DNA from: Candidatus Uhrbacteria bacterium CG10_big_fil_rev_8_21_14_0_10_48_11
GTDB taxonomy: Bacteria; Patescibacteriota; Patescibacteriia; GWA2-46-9
Assembly (NCBI GenBank): GCA_002793855.1
Contig: PFET01000009.1
Location: 87,749 to 149,007 of the forward strand
Length of the DNA: 61,259 nt
Direction of reading: 5' to 3'
Made by a program: the position numbers and the translations under genes
The notes under the pieces: model-generated
The model's input: the letters and a program-made list of their open reading frames with translations, nothing else
Told to the model about the DNA's origin: nothing
The model's database searches: none
Shown here: piece by piece, positions 48,442 through 59,279 of the stretch
How positions within the stretch are numbered: position 1 is the stretch's first letter
Layout of the letters: every line of letters starts with the position of its first letter

Positions 48442-48939
48442 TTACTGCTTTTCCCAACCGATAATAGGATGTATTTCCCACCAGTTGTGGGGAATATCAA
48501 AGCGGGTCAGACCCCAAAGGCGAACGGTGTCACCAAGCTTCGGCAGCTCCATCGGAATCTCCGGAATGCCCTCGGTGACGAGCGGCAACCCAAAAGAATC
48601 ACTAATAATAACGTGGTAATCCCCGTCAGGATCTTTTACTACTTCGGTTACCTTACCAACAACGCTGACTTTCGTTTTAGCGGAACCATTGATGATGTAA
48701 CTCGTCAGGTTGGTATCATGATAGAGCAAGTCTTCTTCTACCCCTTCCCCTTTTGTGACAAAAAACGATAGCAAACGTGAGAGTGGTCCGGGAATAGTCG
48801 CACGTGGGTTCACCGTTTGACTGCGAATATAAAATCCAAGCACACCACCAAGTCCAAACATAACCACAAACAAAACAGCCAGTACCGCTTTTCTCTTCCT
48901 TGTGGATTTACCAATGTGCTGTGTAATGATTTTTAGCAT
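48442..48939 (-). CDS. Membrane-anchored protein with OB-fold-like C-terminal domain
   Basis: A TM segment followed by DGDYHV...WWEIHP. Confidence 0.6.
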   Translation of the reverse strand: MLKIITQHIGKSTRKRKAVLAVLFVVMFGLGGVLGFYIRSQTVNPRATIPGPLSRLLSFFVTKGEGVEEDLLYHDTNLTSYIINGSAKTKVSVVGKVTEVVKDPDGDYHVIISDSFGLPLVTEGIPEIPMELPKLGDTVRLWGLTRFDIPHNWWEIHPIIGWEKQ

Positions 48940-48988
48940 ACGATTATTTCCTAAAGCATAACACGCACTGAATCAAAAACGAATACTG

Positions 48989-49906
48989 CTAAACAACAAA
49001 GGAGGGCACGCCCACTGGCTGCCGACGCGTCAGTAGCCATGCACCAAAAATCATCGGCACAATACCGGCTAACTGCCACACCGTTGGTACCTCGTGCAAA
49101 ATGAGATACGCAAAAAGTAAAGTCAACGCCGGCGCTACCGACCCTAGCCCAAGAGCCTTAGCAATACTAATTCTGTGAATACTTTCAATCCAAAACACTT
49201 TTGCTAGGCCCAAAAACAAAACACCGTTAATAATAAGAAATGGCAAAACGCTGTACACCTCGGGTGCAGTTGGTAGTGGAGAAAAAAGTAAGGCAATACA
49301 AAATAAAAGAAAACCTCCAAAAAGACTCCTCATGCATAAGATGTACGTGGCACTAACCAGCATACGAGCACGACGCGTAAAATAATTGCCGATTGGAGGG
49401 ATAGCCGTCGCAAGCACCATGAGAATGTCGCCGAGATGAAAATGATAGCTAGCACCAGAAAGTACAATGAGCGCCCCAAGCGCCATCATTACGGTACCGA
49501 CGACTGTCAGCCGGCCGTAAAATTCTTTGCCCAATCTCCCAAGGATACTCATGGTAAAAAAGATTTCCATAAGCCCTAGGATAGCTGCGTTTCCAGCGGT
49601 GGTGTAGTGAAGCGCAATAAAAACCAGTCCGTAAAAAGCAACCGCATTCGTAGCAATGATAAACACCATATCACGCCACGCCTCGCGAATACGTACGTAA
49701 TGCCACTCTTTACGAACAGTGATAACACCCAAAAGAAAAAGTCCAGCCCAAAAAGCACTGAACGCCGCCGCGTAAAGTGGCGCAATGGTCGCAAAACTTA
49801 GTATTGAAACAATCGGGAAAAACGACCACAACAATGCATGAAAAAACACGTAGTACTCCCCCACCTGTTCTTTGTGAGGGGCAAGAACAAAACGAGCACT
49901 AATCAT
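48989..49906 (-). CDS. DMT/EamA family transporter
   Basis: About ten TM segments in two repeats, with ALHYTTAGNAAIL. Confidence 0.85.
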   Translation of the reverse strand: MISARFVLAPHKEQVGEYYVFFHALLWSFFPIVSILSFATIAPLYAAAFSAFWAGLFLLGVITVRKEWHYVRIREAWRDMVFIIATNAVAFYGLVFIALHYTTAGNAAILGLMEIFFTMSILGRLGKEFYGRLTVVGTVMMALGALIVLSGASYHFHLGDILMVLATAIPPIGNYFTRRARMLVSATYILCMRSLFGGFLLFCIALLFSPLPTAPEVYSVLPFLIINGVLFLGLAKVFWIESIHRISIAKALGLGSVAPALTLLFAYLILHEVPTVWQLAGIVPMIFGAWLLTRRQPVGVPSFVV

Positions 49907-49921
49907 GCAAACGGACGACGC

Positions 49922-50176
49922 CTACTTCTTGGCGATTTTCTTTGCGGCCTTACGCTTCTTTGCCTTTTTGACTACCGTTCGGGCGGCAAGCAATGCCGCC
50001 AGCCCACCCAACGCGGCGGCTGCCTTGTTACGAGCTTCAGGGTCGATTGCCTCGTAGCGTTCTCGACCATGTTTGATAAGGGCTGCAACGTCTGCACCCA
50101 CTTTGCCAAGCTGGGTTCTAAGCTGCTTTAAATCAGCTTCTGCTTTCTTCATGGTCGAACTTGCTTTCTTGTTCAT
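49922..50176 (-). CDS. Small basic protein, loosely DUF883/ElaB-like
   Basis: N-terminal coiled segment, a small-residue hydrophobic segment and a K-rich tail. Confidence 0.5.
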   Translation of the reverse strand: MNKKASSTMKKAEADLKQLRTQLGKVGADVAALIKHGRERYEAIDPEARNKAAAALGGLAALLAARTVVKKAKKRKAAKKIAKK

Positions 50177-50236
50177 AAAAAATTAAGTTAACAATGCTTA
50201 AAGTATACTCGTTCTGTTTAAAAAAGCCACCTCAAA

Positions 50237-50750
50237 CTAGGTCTCCTTTTCGGTAGATTCTGCCATCTGAAGAAATGTTAAATCTCGCAGTCATATAAAC
50301 TTACCTTCATAATTTTTAATCGTGCTCTCCTCTTCTTCTAAGATGCCCACGCGTCAGAAAGACTTACCCACTGAGGCGTAAAACCATCTGCTGCTTCCTC
50401 ATCTGCTTCGAGATGCGGCATACCTTGTTTGTGAGTTTACTTGGGATTATGATAGTCAAGGACTGTAATAACTTTTCTAGTCCTTTTGCTTGACGAAAAT
50501 AATCGGCAGCAATCTTTATAACATATCTCTCTTGCTGGCGAGCGGACAATTTTTCTCAATCTCTGCGCAACCGTTCAACATCGCGCTCAATAAAACATTC
50601 GTAGTTGAGGTCGTCCTTGAGGTAGCAAAATGAACGCAACCATCTTCCGGTCAAACGAATACACGCATCACGTGCATCATCATTAAGCCGTGTCCACACA
50701 CGGACAGGCAATTCATTCCAGACGCCCAAAAGGGTTACCGCTGTTTTCAT
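50237..50750 (-). pseudogene. Degraded gene remnant(s); the 3' part resembles a NUDIX-hydrolase C-terminus
   Basis: TACTGT-N7-ATG 50750 and an in-frame TGA at 50556-50558 (RRD*EKL). Frameshifted pieces read GFTPQWVSLSDA and GILEEEESTIKNYEGKFI*LRDLTFL. Confidence 0.35.
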
Positions 50751-50888
50751 ATTTAAGACAGTAACCTATTCGCAACCTTACAAAAAACCTTAAACAATAA
50801 ACAACCAATTCGCTACTTCTTTGGTTATTCCTTTTACCGCAGTACCCATTCTTAAAAAGTATACAGCTATAGTACGACAAGCGCTGCA

Positions 50889-52727
50889 CTAGGTAGCGCT
50901 CTCAAATGACAAACGAAGCGCGTTTATAATAACAATAACATCAACAACCTCTTGTAGTACCGCACCGGCAACGGGTGGAATATATCCAAACGAGGCAATG
51001 ACCATAAGACCAATACTTAACCCCATACCAATACCGATGCTTTGCTTTGCTAGCTGAAGTGAACGTTGGGCGATATGCACCGCGTCATGAATTCTAGCCA
51101 CACCATCACCGCTAATCACAATGTCCCCTGTTTCAGAAGCCGCCGTTGCGCCACCATGCGCCATGGCAATGCCAACAGAGGCAAACGCCAAAGCGGGCGC
51201 ATCATTAATACCGTCACCAACCATTGCTAGCGGGCCGTACTTTTCTTGCAATTTTTTGACCCACATTACCTTGTCCTCAGGTAGAAGCTCGGCGTGAAAT
51301 TCTTTAACGCCAACCGCAATAGCCGTTTTTTCTGCAACTGCATGTTTATCACCTGTTAACATGACAATTTTTCGCATGGCATGCTCGTGCATTTTTTGAA
51401 ACAAATCATGAACGTCAGTACGGATAACATCCGCAAACGTAATATAGCCAAGAATAGCTGTTTCACTTGCCAGGCAAACAATTGATAAGCCTTCATTGCG
51501 CGCTATCTCTTCAAGTTCGGCAAGCTTGTCTGGAATAGGCATCTCGTTTTTTCTCATGAAGCCCAGAGAACCAACAGTGTAGGTCACGCTATTAATCGTG
51601 CCACTGGCACCATGGCCGATGATTTCAGAAAAATTTTCTGGATACACCAACACTGCTTGCCGTTGTTGAGCCGCCGTTACGAGCGCTCGGGCAAATACGT
51701 GTGTTGAAAGCTGATCAATGGACGCAGCGAGCTGTAAGATAGCATCTTTAGGTAAACTCCCCAACTGTACGATGCGAACGACTTCTGGTTTGCCAATGGT
51801 GAGCGTTCCTGTTTTGTCAAAAATGAGACCGCGAACACGTGCGAGACGTTCTAAGGCAATACTATTTTTAATAATAATCCCTCGGCTTGCTGCTTTGCTC
51901 ATGCCCGAAATCATAGCAATTGGTGCGGCCAAAATTAGAGGGCAGGGTGAAGCAACGACGAGCACTGCAAGCATTCTAACCGGATCACCAGAAACGAACC
52001 AAGCCACCCCAGCCAAAGCAAACGTGGCGATAGTAAATATGCCAGCATACCGATCTGCCAGACGCACCACCGGGGCACGTTTTTCTTGTGCGCTGGCAAC
52101 AAGGCGAACAATTGTTTGGTAGCGACTGGTAGAACTCGTATTGGCAACGCGAGCTGTAAATGGTTGGTTCAACGCCAAAGAACCACTATATACCAACGAA
52201 CCGACGGCCTTACTTACCGGTAAACTCTCGCCAGTAATTGCTGACTCATCGACAGCAATCTCCCCCTCTGTTACGACACAATCAACTGGAACGATTTCGT
52301 TCGGTTTAATAATAATCGTGTCACCAACAGCAACCTCTTCAATGGCAACCTCTTCTAGCTGGCCATCACTCTTTTTTCGGTGAGCGAAATGAGGCGTGTT
52401 CTGTAGAAGTTTTGTGAGCTCAGCGCTGGCGCGGCCTTCGGCGTAGGCGTCAAGCGTTTCTCCCGTGGAAAGCATAAGCAAAATAACAACGCCCGCGACG
52501 TACTGCCCCATGACGAGCGCAGTAACAATAGCAGCAAGCGCAATAAAATCTGCACCAAGCTGACCCGATAGAGCAGAGCGAATAATACGATATGCGCCAG
52601 AGATACCGCCAAGAACAATCGTGACCATAAACACATCATTTCCGAGTGAATGGCTGACAAACAAATACAAACCCCCACCCACAACGGTGCCTATTAGGAC
52701 TCCTGCAAGATGTAAATATTTTTTCAT
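50889..52727 (-). CDS. Heavy-metal translocating P1B-type ATPase (no N-terminal metal-binding domain)
   Basis: TGES, ASPCP, DKTGT, MLTGD, GDGIND and QEVVD motifs. Confidence 0.92.
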   Translation of the reverse strand: MKKYLHLAGVLIGTVVGGGLYLFVSHSLGNDVFMVTIVLGGISGAYRIIRSALSGQLGADFIALAAIVTALVMGQYVAGVVILLMLSTGETLDAYAEGRASAELTKLLQNTPHFAHRKKSDGQLEEVAIEEVAVGDTIIIKPNEIVPVDCVVTEGEIAVDESAITGESLPVSKAVGSLVYSGSLALNQPFTARVANTSSTSRYQTIVRLVASAQEKRAPVVRLADRYAGIFTIATFALAGVAWFVSGDPVRMLAVLVVASPCPLILAAPIAMISGMSKAASRGIIIKNSIALERLARVRGLIFDKTGTLTIGKPEVVRIVQLGSLPKDAILQLAASIDQLSTHVFARALVTAAQQRQAVLVYPENFSEIIGHGASGTINSVTYTVGSLGFMRKNEMPIPDKLAELEEIARNEGLSIVCLASETAILGYITFADVIRTDVHDLFQKMHEHAMRKIVMLTGDKHAVAEKTAIAVGVKEFHAELLPEDKVMWVKKLQEKYGPLAMVGDGINDAPALAFASVGIAMAHGGATAASETGDIVISGDGVARIHDAVHIAQRSLQLAKQSIGIGMGLSIGLMVIASFGYIPPVAGAVLQEVVDVIVIINALRLSFESAT

Positions 52728-52861
52728 AGTTATTCGTGGACAAAGGCTGACTGCTTAATCCTATCACAAAAAGAACGAGAGAGTATGAAGGCTACCGAGC
52801 TAGCCTGCGGTGGCGCACAACAACAAAACTAAAGGTAGTCCTTCCTAAAAAAGATTACCAT

Positions 52862-54106
52862 CTAACAATGCTCCCCTGCTACAAAACCGGTAGTCCAACA
52901 AAGCTGTAGACTATAGCCACCCGACGGACGGTCGATATTGAGCATATCTCCAACCAGATACAGCCGAGGCACCAGCCGGGACTCCATTGTCTTAAAATTA
53001 ACCTCTTTCAGGTTCACCCCGCCCGAAGACACAATCGCTTTGTCCGCACCAAGTAACTTCTCGACAGATAGCGGGGTGTGCTTAAAAAGAATGACAAGTT
53101 TTTTTCTTGATTCACTACGGACGCTATGGTTTGGCGTTTCGTTTTCAATAGCTGCTAGTCTTAAAAGTACTGGCACTAGTGACGACGGTACTAACTTGCC
53201 AAGCACGTTTTTAATTTTCTTATTTATTTCCGCAATAAGTAGTGCCTGCAGCTGAGACTTAAGTATGGTATGATCTACGCCGGGAAATAAATCTAAGGCA
53301 ATAGTTACCTCTCCATATTTTAAAAGTTCTCCTACCTCTTTACTCATATGAAGCACTGTTGGCCCGCTAATACCGACATGGGTAAACAACAGCTTCCCCT
53401 TATAAGCCTCCTGTTTATGTCGGTTTTGAAAAGTGGTGAGTTTTATGTCACTCAATGTTACGCCAGCAAGTTTTTTCACCCACGCATCTTTGATAGCTAT
53501 AGGCACAAGTGAAAAATCATTATCAATAATGTTATGACCCAGTTTTTTTGCTATTTGAAACCCATCGCCAGTTGCTCCTGTTTCTGGTCAAGATAGACCA
53601 CCCGTGGCAATAATGCAAGACTTCGCAAACACAGTGCTACCATCTTTTAGTAGTACTTCAAACTGTTTATCTGTCACCGCAAGATCTGTAACCGTTGCCT
53701 CTGTCCTTACTTGTACGTCGCCCTTTTTTATATACTCCACAAGTACATTCCAAACCGATACGGCTTTATTCGATGCGGGGAAAATTCTTCCCTCGTTCTC
53801 TTCTTTTGTCGCCATGCCGCGACTGTGAAAAAAATTTAGCGCATCTTCGGTGTTAAATTGTGCAAAAGTGGAAAATAAAAATTTATCATTACCTTTGTAT
53901 TTCCCCAGCATGGTGCGGACCTCTTTATTATTTGTCACATTACAGCGTCCACCGCCGGTGATAAGTAACTTTTTACCAAGGGATGCATTTTTTTCAAGGA
54001 GCACAACAGCAAAACCACGCTCTGCGGCGCGTCCAGCGGCCATCATGCCAGCGGGGCCGCCGCCAATAACCGCAACATCAAAAAGTTTATGCCTGGTCTC
54101 TTTCAT
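52862..54106 (-). pseudogene. HI0933/BaiN family flavoprotein interrupted by one in-frame TGA
   Basis: The two track ORFs are one frame: GGGPAG...KKLLITGGGRCNVTN...ATGGLS*PETGATGDG...LLFTH-x-GISGP...SGGYSLQLCW. The TGA is at 53588-53590. Confidence 0.85.
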
Positions 54107-54154
54107 GTATCAAATAATAACATAATCCACTTGCAGTACAGCGTTTTAGCTGAT

Positions 54155-54185
54155 AAAAATCTGGCCGTTCCCAGCCAGATTTTTT
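54155..54185 (-). terminator. Intrinsic (likely bidirectional) terminator
   Basis: AAAAATCTGGC / 8-nt loop / GCCAGATTTTT. Confidence 0.7.
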
Positions 54186-54197
54186 ACTACCTATTTG

Positions 54198-54266
54198 CTA
54201 CTTCTTCGGCTTTTCCTTCTTTGGCTTCTTTTTGTTTCGCTGCTGCGCATTGTTTCCTTTTGCCAC
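54198..54266 (-). CDS. 22-aa basic peptide MAKGNNAQQRNKKKPKKEKPKK
   Basis: GTG start and TAG stop, followed 12 nt later by a terminator. Confidence 0.5.
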   Translation of the reverse strand: MAKGNNAQQRNKKKPKKEKPKK

Positions 54267-54491
54267 AGTATTGAGTTAAAAATGAATAAATTATCAGACT
54301 GTGATTATGTGCCGTTTTCTGCACTCTATTTCCCTATCCACGCATCCATTATACCACTAATGTCGGCTAACTCCTGTACTCTTGGAAAATGACGCATAGC
54401 GCCTTCAGTAAGGAATACTTTTTCCTGCATACTTTTCTGTCATTCTAAAATATACCTACAAAAACCGCATTGCTATCTTTGTCTAACCCAA

Positions 54492-54680
54492 CTAATTCCC
54501 TTTAAGAAAGCGTCCAATAAAATAGGCAGCCGTAACAATAAACAACAGCCACCATAGCCATAGTAGGCCAATGAGGTAATCGTAAAAGTAGAGACCCATC
54601 ATTATGCCCAATGAAATCAAATAAATTTTGATTACGCTAACCTCCCACCATTGAAACACCCACGATCTAAATATTTTTAT
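54492..54680 (-). CDS. 62-aa 2-TM membrane protein with ATA in place of a start codon
   Basis: IKIFRSWVFQWWEVSVIKIYLISLGIMMGLYFYDYLIGLLWLWWLLFIVTAAYFIGRFLKGN*. Confidence 0.5.
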   Translation of the reverse strand: MKIFRSWVFQWWEVSVIKIYLISLGIMMGLYFYDYLIGLLWLWWLLFIVTAAYFIGRFLKGN

Positions 54681-54718
54681 ATAGGTTTCGGCTACTAATA
54701 ACTATAGTAGGGCACTAT

Positions 54719-55266
54719 TTAAAAGTGCTCCTTCAAAGCTTCAAATATAAGCTTGTGCCCTTCACTGTTTGGATGTAGCCCGTCGTCGGTATAGACGTTC
54801 CAGTCTTTAACTTTCTCAACCGTGGCATACGTATCAATAAATTCAGCCTCTGCTTCTTTTGCGACCTCATGAAAAATAGCCGAGTAGTTTTTTGGTCGCT
54901 CGTTGTAAAAATAGACGTCTTTATTTCTCCATGGGTTACAACGCTCTTCAATAAAGGACTGCCGTTAATGCAGACAACGTGAGCCGCATATTTTTTGGCA
55001 ATGGCAAAAATGTATTCGAGGTTAGCACGATACGCTTCTTCTATTACCTTGGGTTTCCCATTTTCTATTCGAGAATCATTACTGCCACTATACAGAAGAA
55101 TGGTTGTATCTTTTTTACGCTCCGGCTTTGCTCTTGCTGCAGTCTCTTGTTCAATTCTTGCCAGTAACCTTTTTGAAGTGTCCCCTGGTATTGCTAAACT
55201 ATATAAGACTCGATCTTATTCTTTTGTTTCAACATGACGGCGCAGCTGCTCCTGCCAGCCGCCATT
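54719..55266 (-). pseudogene. SGNH/GDSL hydrolase pseudogene (5' truncated, nonsense, frameshift)
   Basis: IPGDTS, GSND (block III) and DGLHPN (block V) motifs. There is a TAA at 55216-55218, a frameshift near 54955, and the block I GDS is absent. Confidence 0.75.
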
Positions 55267-55791
55267 GTTACTTATGTTTTTACTATTTTCTTTTAGGTTG
55301 GTTACTTCTTTTTCTAATTTTTCAATATGTCTGTCTCATTTTGCCGTTCTCTCGTCCAATTTTTCTTCAAGCCGATTTGCATGACCGGCTAGTGTTTCGG
55401 CAACAACCATCATTTCGGTTACATCTTCGATGGCTAAAAGTATTATCGATGAAAGCTGTTTTGTTGTGGCTGTTTGCTCAAAATATATTTACCGCGCACT
55501 TAAAATCATTATTTTTTGACCAATACGCGGAAATGCATGGTCAACTTCAAAACCTTTAAAAAAAGTATTCTTAGGCAAAAGGTCTTCAAGAAATTTTCTA
55601 AGTGCTGGTATTGCCCATTGCCCATTTCCTAACTCGTATATTTTTTTGTTCCGTCTCTTTCGATGCCACTTGAAACGTACGATAAAATAGCTCATTGGCA
55701 ACCACACACAAAAATTTTTATCACGTATAAGCAACGGCTCGCGCAGCACGTCTACTACGGTTTTAGTATAGGTCCAACTTTCTTCGGCCAT
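55267..55791 (-). pseudogene. PAS-domain protein pseudogene
   Basis: REPLLI-x-DK...YELGNGQW-x-IPALRK-x-LED-x-LPKN...IGQKIMILSAR*, with TAA at 55489-55491 and a frameshifted LAIEDVT downstream. Confidence 0.6.
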
Positions 55792-56079
55792 ACGCTCAAA
55801 AAACCTTCTTTCAGGGGACTAACTTTGTTTTCAAATTTTGTATGTATTGTGTTCATACTAGTAAGCCGAAGGAATCGTCCTATTATTCCAACTCGCAGGC
55901 TGAGAGGCAACGTGCTACGCTTGAGGTAGCCAGTAATTGCTCTTTAAAAAAAGAAAGCTGTAATACCTTGGTCATGAAGCAACCCACCTCTAAAAGATCA
56001 AAAAGCCCAAAAACAGTACAAACGCCGGCTCACTGTAACCATCGTGTAATTCAACAGTGATTTGTTCGGTTTAACTATA

Positions 56080-56414
56080 ATGACAGCCGCACAAGACAAG
56101 GAACGAGACAGTAGACTAACCTCAGCGCATAACGATTTTGCAAAAGGGCTTAATTCGTATGCTTTTTTTAAAATGCCAAATCAGGCAATAAGCGAAAATC
56201 TGGTACAGGAAACATTTATGAAGACGTGGAAGTATCTCGCCAGAAAAGGAGAAATAGCTACCATGAAGGCCTTATTATATCACGTACTCAACGGGCTTAT
56301 TGTGGATGAGTATAGAAAACGAAAAACAATCCCTCTTGATACGCTACTTAAAAAAGGTTTTGGCCCAAGCGTCAATCCCTCCGATCAGCTTTTTGATATC
56401 TTAGATGGCAAAAT
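56080..56414 (+). pseudogene. ECF sigma factor fragment (region 2 only, region 4 lost)
   Basis: ENLVQETFMKTWKY...ALLYHVLNGLIVDEYRKRK, after which the sequence switches to GH3-derived DNA at about 56415. Confidence 0.75.
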
Positions 56415-57827
56415 GGGATTGATGCCATCCATGGTCATAACAACGTTTTGGGCGCCACTATTTTTCCTCAGGCTATTGGACTAGGCGCCTCAAGGGACGC
56501 AGACTTAGTACGTCGCGTCGCCACAGCAACTGCTGACGAGATGGCAGCCACGGGAATATATTGGAGTTACTCCCCCAACCTTGATGTCCCCCAAGATACT
56601 CGATGGGGAAAAACCTACGAAACCTTTGGGTCAGACACGGCAAACGTTACCCAATTGGGTGCTGCTTATCTGGCAGGAACGCAAGAGTCGTCAACCCATT
56701 ATTTCAACGTCTTGGCAACCGCCAAGCATTTTCTTGGTGGCGGAGCCATGGTGTATGGGACATCACGTAACAAAGATTTTAAAATAGAAGAGGGAACAAT
56801 TACGCTCGACGAACAGGCGTTGCGTCAGGATCATTTGACCCCCTTTAAAAAAGCCGTCAGCGACGGGCTGCAAGCCGTTATGGTAGGTACCGCCACTTGG
56901 AATGAGGTCATCAATCCTGCAAATCATTACCTGCTTACCGATGTCTTAAAAAAGGAGCTTGGCTTTTCCGGTTTTGTCGTTTCTGATTGGTACGCGATCT
57001 ACGAAATAACCTCAGACAAGTATCAATCTATGGTAACCGGTATCAACGCCGGTGTAGATATGGTCATGACACCGTTTGATTACAAAGAGTTTGTAGCTAA
57101 TATGCAACGGGCGTTAGCGCAAGGAGACATAACCAAAGATCGTCTTGATGATGCCGTTCGCAGAATTCTTACGGTAAAATTTGAAACCGGTTTATTTGAT
57201 CGACCTGCGCCAACCGCTGATGGTCTCTCTGTTGTTGGTAGTCAGCAGCACAAAGACTTGGCACGACAAGCCGTTGCAGAGTCACAGGTCTTGCTCAAAA
57301 ATGCAAATGACATTCTACCGCTATCTCCTTCGGTAGGTAGCATTATTGTAGCGGGCTCGGGAGCCAATAACTTGGGTCGTCAGAGTGGCGGATGGACAGT
57401 AGAGTGGCAAGGAGTCGATGGCAACTGGATTCCGGGTACCACCATACTGGCAGGTATAAAAAATACGGTGTCAAAGAGCACACAGGTTGCGTATAACCTA
57501 GACGCCAACTTTCCCTCAGCACAACAAATAGCAGATGTAGGTATCGCAGTGGTTTCGGAAAAACCCTACGCTGAAGGATGGGGTGACAATGCAAATCCTC
57601 GTTTGAGCGATCAAGACCTAATAGTAATCAAAAAATTAAAAAAGCAAAGCGAGAAGTTGATTGTGATTATCATCTCTGGAAGACCACTTGAAATTTCACC
57701 CTATATAAGTAACTGGGATGGCGTCGTTGCCTCGTGGCTCCCTGGCACTGAAGGACAAGGAGTGGCGGACGTATTGTTTGGCCTAAAGCCGTTTATAGGA
57801 AAGCTTCCCATTCGCTGGAATTACTAA
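56415..57827 (+). pseudogene. GH3 beta-glucosidase lacking its N-terminus
   Basis: GIDAIHGHNNVLGATIFP begins at 56415, followed by WGKTYETF, KHF, GFVVSDW, VLLKN and KLPIRW. An in-frame TGA at 56394-56396 precludes a normal N-terminus. Confidence 0.75.
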
Positions 57828-58107
57828 TGCGATGTGCACGACCATCACTAAATAACAGTACTGTTCTAGAACGCTACCTACTCACAAGATACGACAGCGA
57901 TTCAAAAATTAAAGAACTTTTTTCAATAATCTCTAGCATAAACAAAAAAGTCCCGCCCCGACCGGCAGAACTCTTTTGGCAGGGGCTCGTGGAGGACGTT
58001 ACCTGTCCGCCTCTGGCGGAGAACCATTCTACGAAGACAAAGTCGGTACGTTTACGTCCCCGATTTAAGGTCAGCCACTTAATTTACCTTAATATATTAC
58101 TCTATAG

Positions 58108-59247
58108 TTATAAAGATTTTATCCCATCAACAAACCAGAACCTACTAAAATCGTATGGTAGATTTTTGAGTTTATTGAGATGTAAATTGAGTGCCTTTTT
58201 GTAAGTAAACTGTGGATTCAATAAAAGCTGAGTCGCCTTTACTATCTCGGGTATCTTCTTTGTTAAAAGTTTGTCTGTCATGCACGTGGCTTTTTTCCCT
58301 TTACTAAGAAGCTTACAACAACCCCTTGTTACTTCTTCTTTCGCTGGGCAAGAACCACATTCGGGAAGTACTGAATAAAATGGTTCATAATTGAATACGT
58401 AAGCGGGCCATAAACAGTTGGCCAGTTCAAGCCAGGGTGTGCCGATAAGAGGAGAAAGAAATGCAAAACCAGTATGTGGGGATAAAAAGATGTTGATTTT
58501 TTGGATTAGCGCAAGCTGATTCCAAAGCCCTATGTTATATGTGGCTTCAGCATTGGGAAGACTATCTACTAAGTATTGAACATCACCGAGATTGAAGTCA
58601 GCAGTATGAGTTCTCCCGCCTACGCTTTTGGTTATACCAGTGAAGTAGATTTTAAGATTCGGGATAGCTTTGAAAAGTGCTTGGCAAATCTTAAGCCACA
58701 TCTCTATCGTGAGGCTTTGCTTATCTCCTGCTGAGCCGCCAAGCATAATGCAGATTGCAGGCCCAGTATGCTTATATCGTTTGGCAAATTCTTTAGCTTT
58801 TTTGGGAATGGTAAGTTTAATTTTAGGATTAGGCACATAGGCAAGAATGTCGGCGTGCTTACTAAGCAGGTCATGATAATCTTTTCCTATTCTGGCCATC
58901 AAAAGAGGATTTAATACCTTATATGCCCTAATCAGATCGTTTTCATCCCAGTGCGGCTTGAACGAAGTTGATCTATTGTCGGTAATAATGTAATCCCAAA
59001 CCTTGGGTAGCCTTTGAATTAATTTTGCCCTACTGCCGTCTTTCCATATTTCTTTTAAAGATATTGGGTATACTTTCTTGATCCACGGGCAAGCCTCAGC
59101 AAGCTCTACCGGAGAGTCGGCGTTCAACACCAAATGAACCTCAACATTTTTGTTGGCCAGAGCATACCCCCCAGATACTTTCAGGGCTTCTACAACATGG
59201 CCCACGTGTCGATAGTATAGTCAGTTCAAAAGTAATTTTTTCTTCAT
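58108..59247 (-). CDS. GT9 (heptosyltransferase)-like glycosyltransferase with an in-frame TGA at codon 9
   Basis: TATTCT-N7-ATG 59247, then MKKKLLLN*LYYRHVGHVVEALK with TGA at 59221-59223. The C-terminal FLSPHTGFAFLSPLIGTPW resembles the GT9 D(S/T)G-x-x-H-x-A...P motif. The family call is tentative. Confidence 0.55.
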
Positions 59248-59279
59248 ATAAATAAGAATATTCTACCACAGTTCTTCAG

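Noticed and set aside
57827-58204. 125-aa plus-strand ORF after GH3
   Set aside because: It runs through repeat/hairpin sequence, overlaps the GT9-like gene antisense and has no protein-like features.
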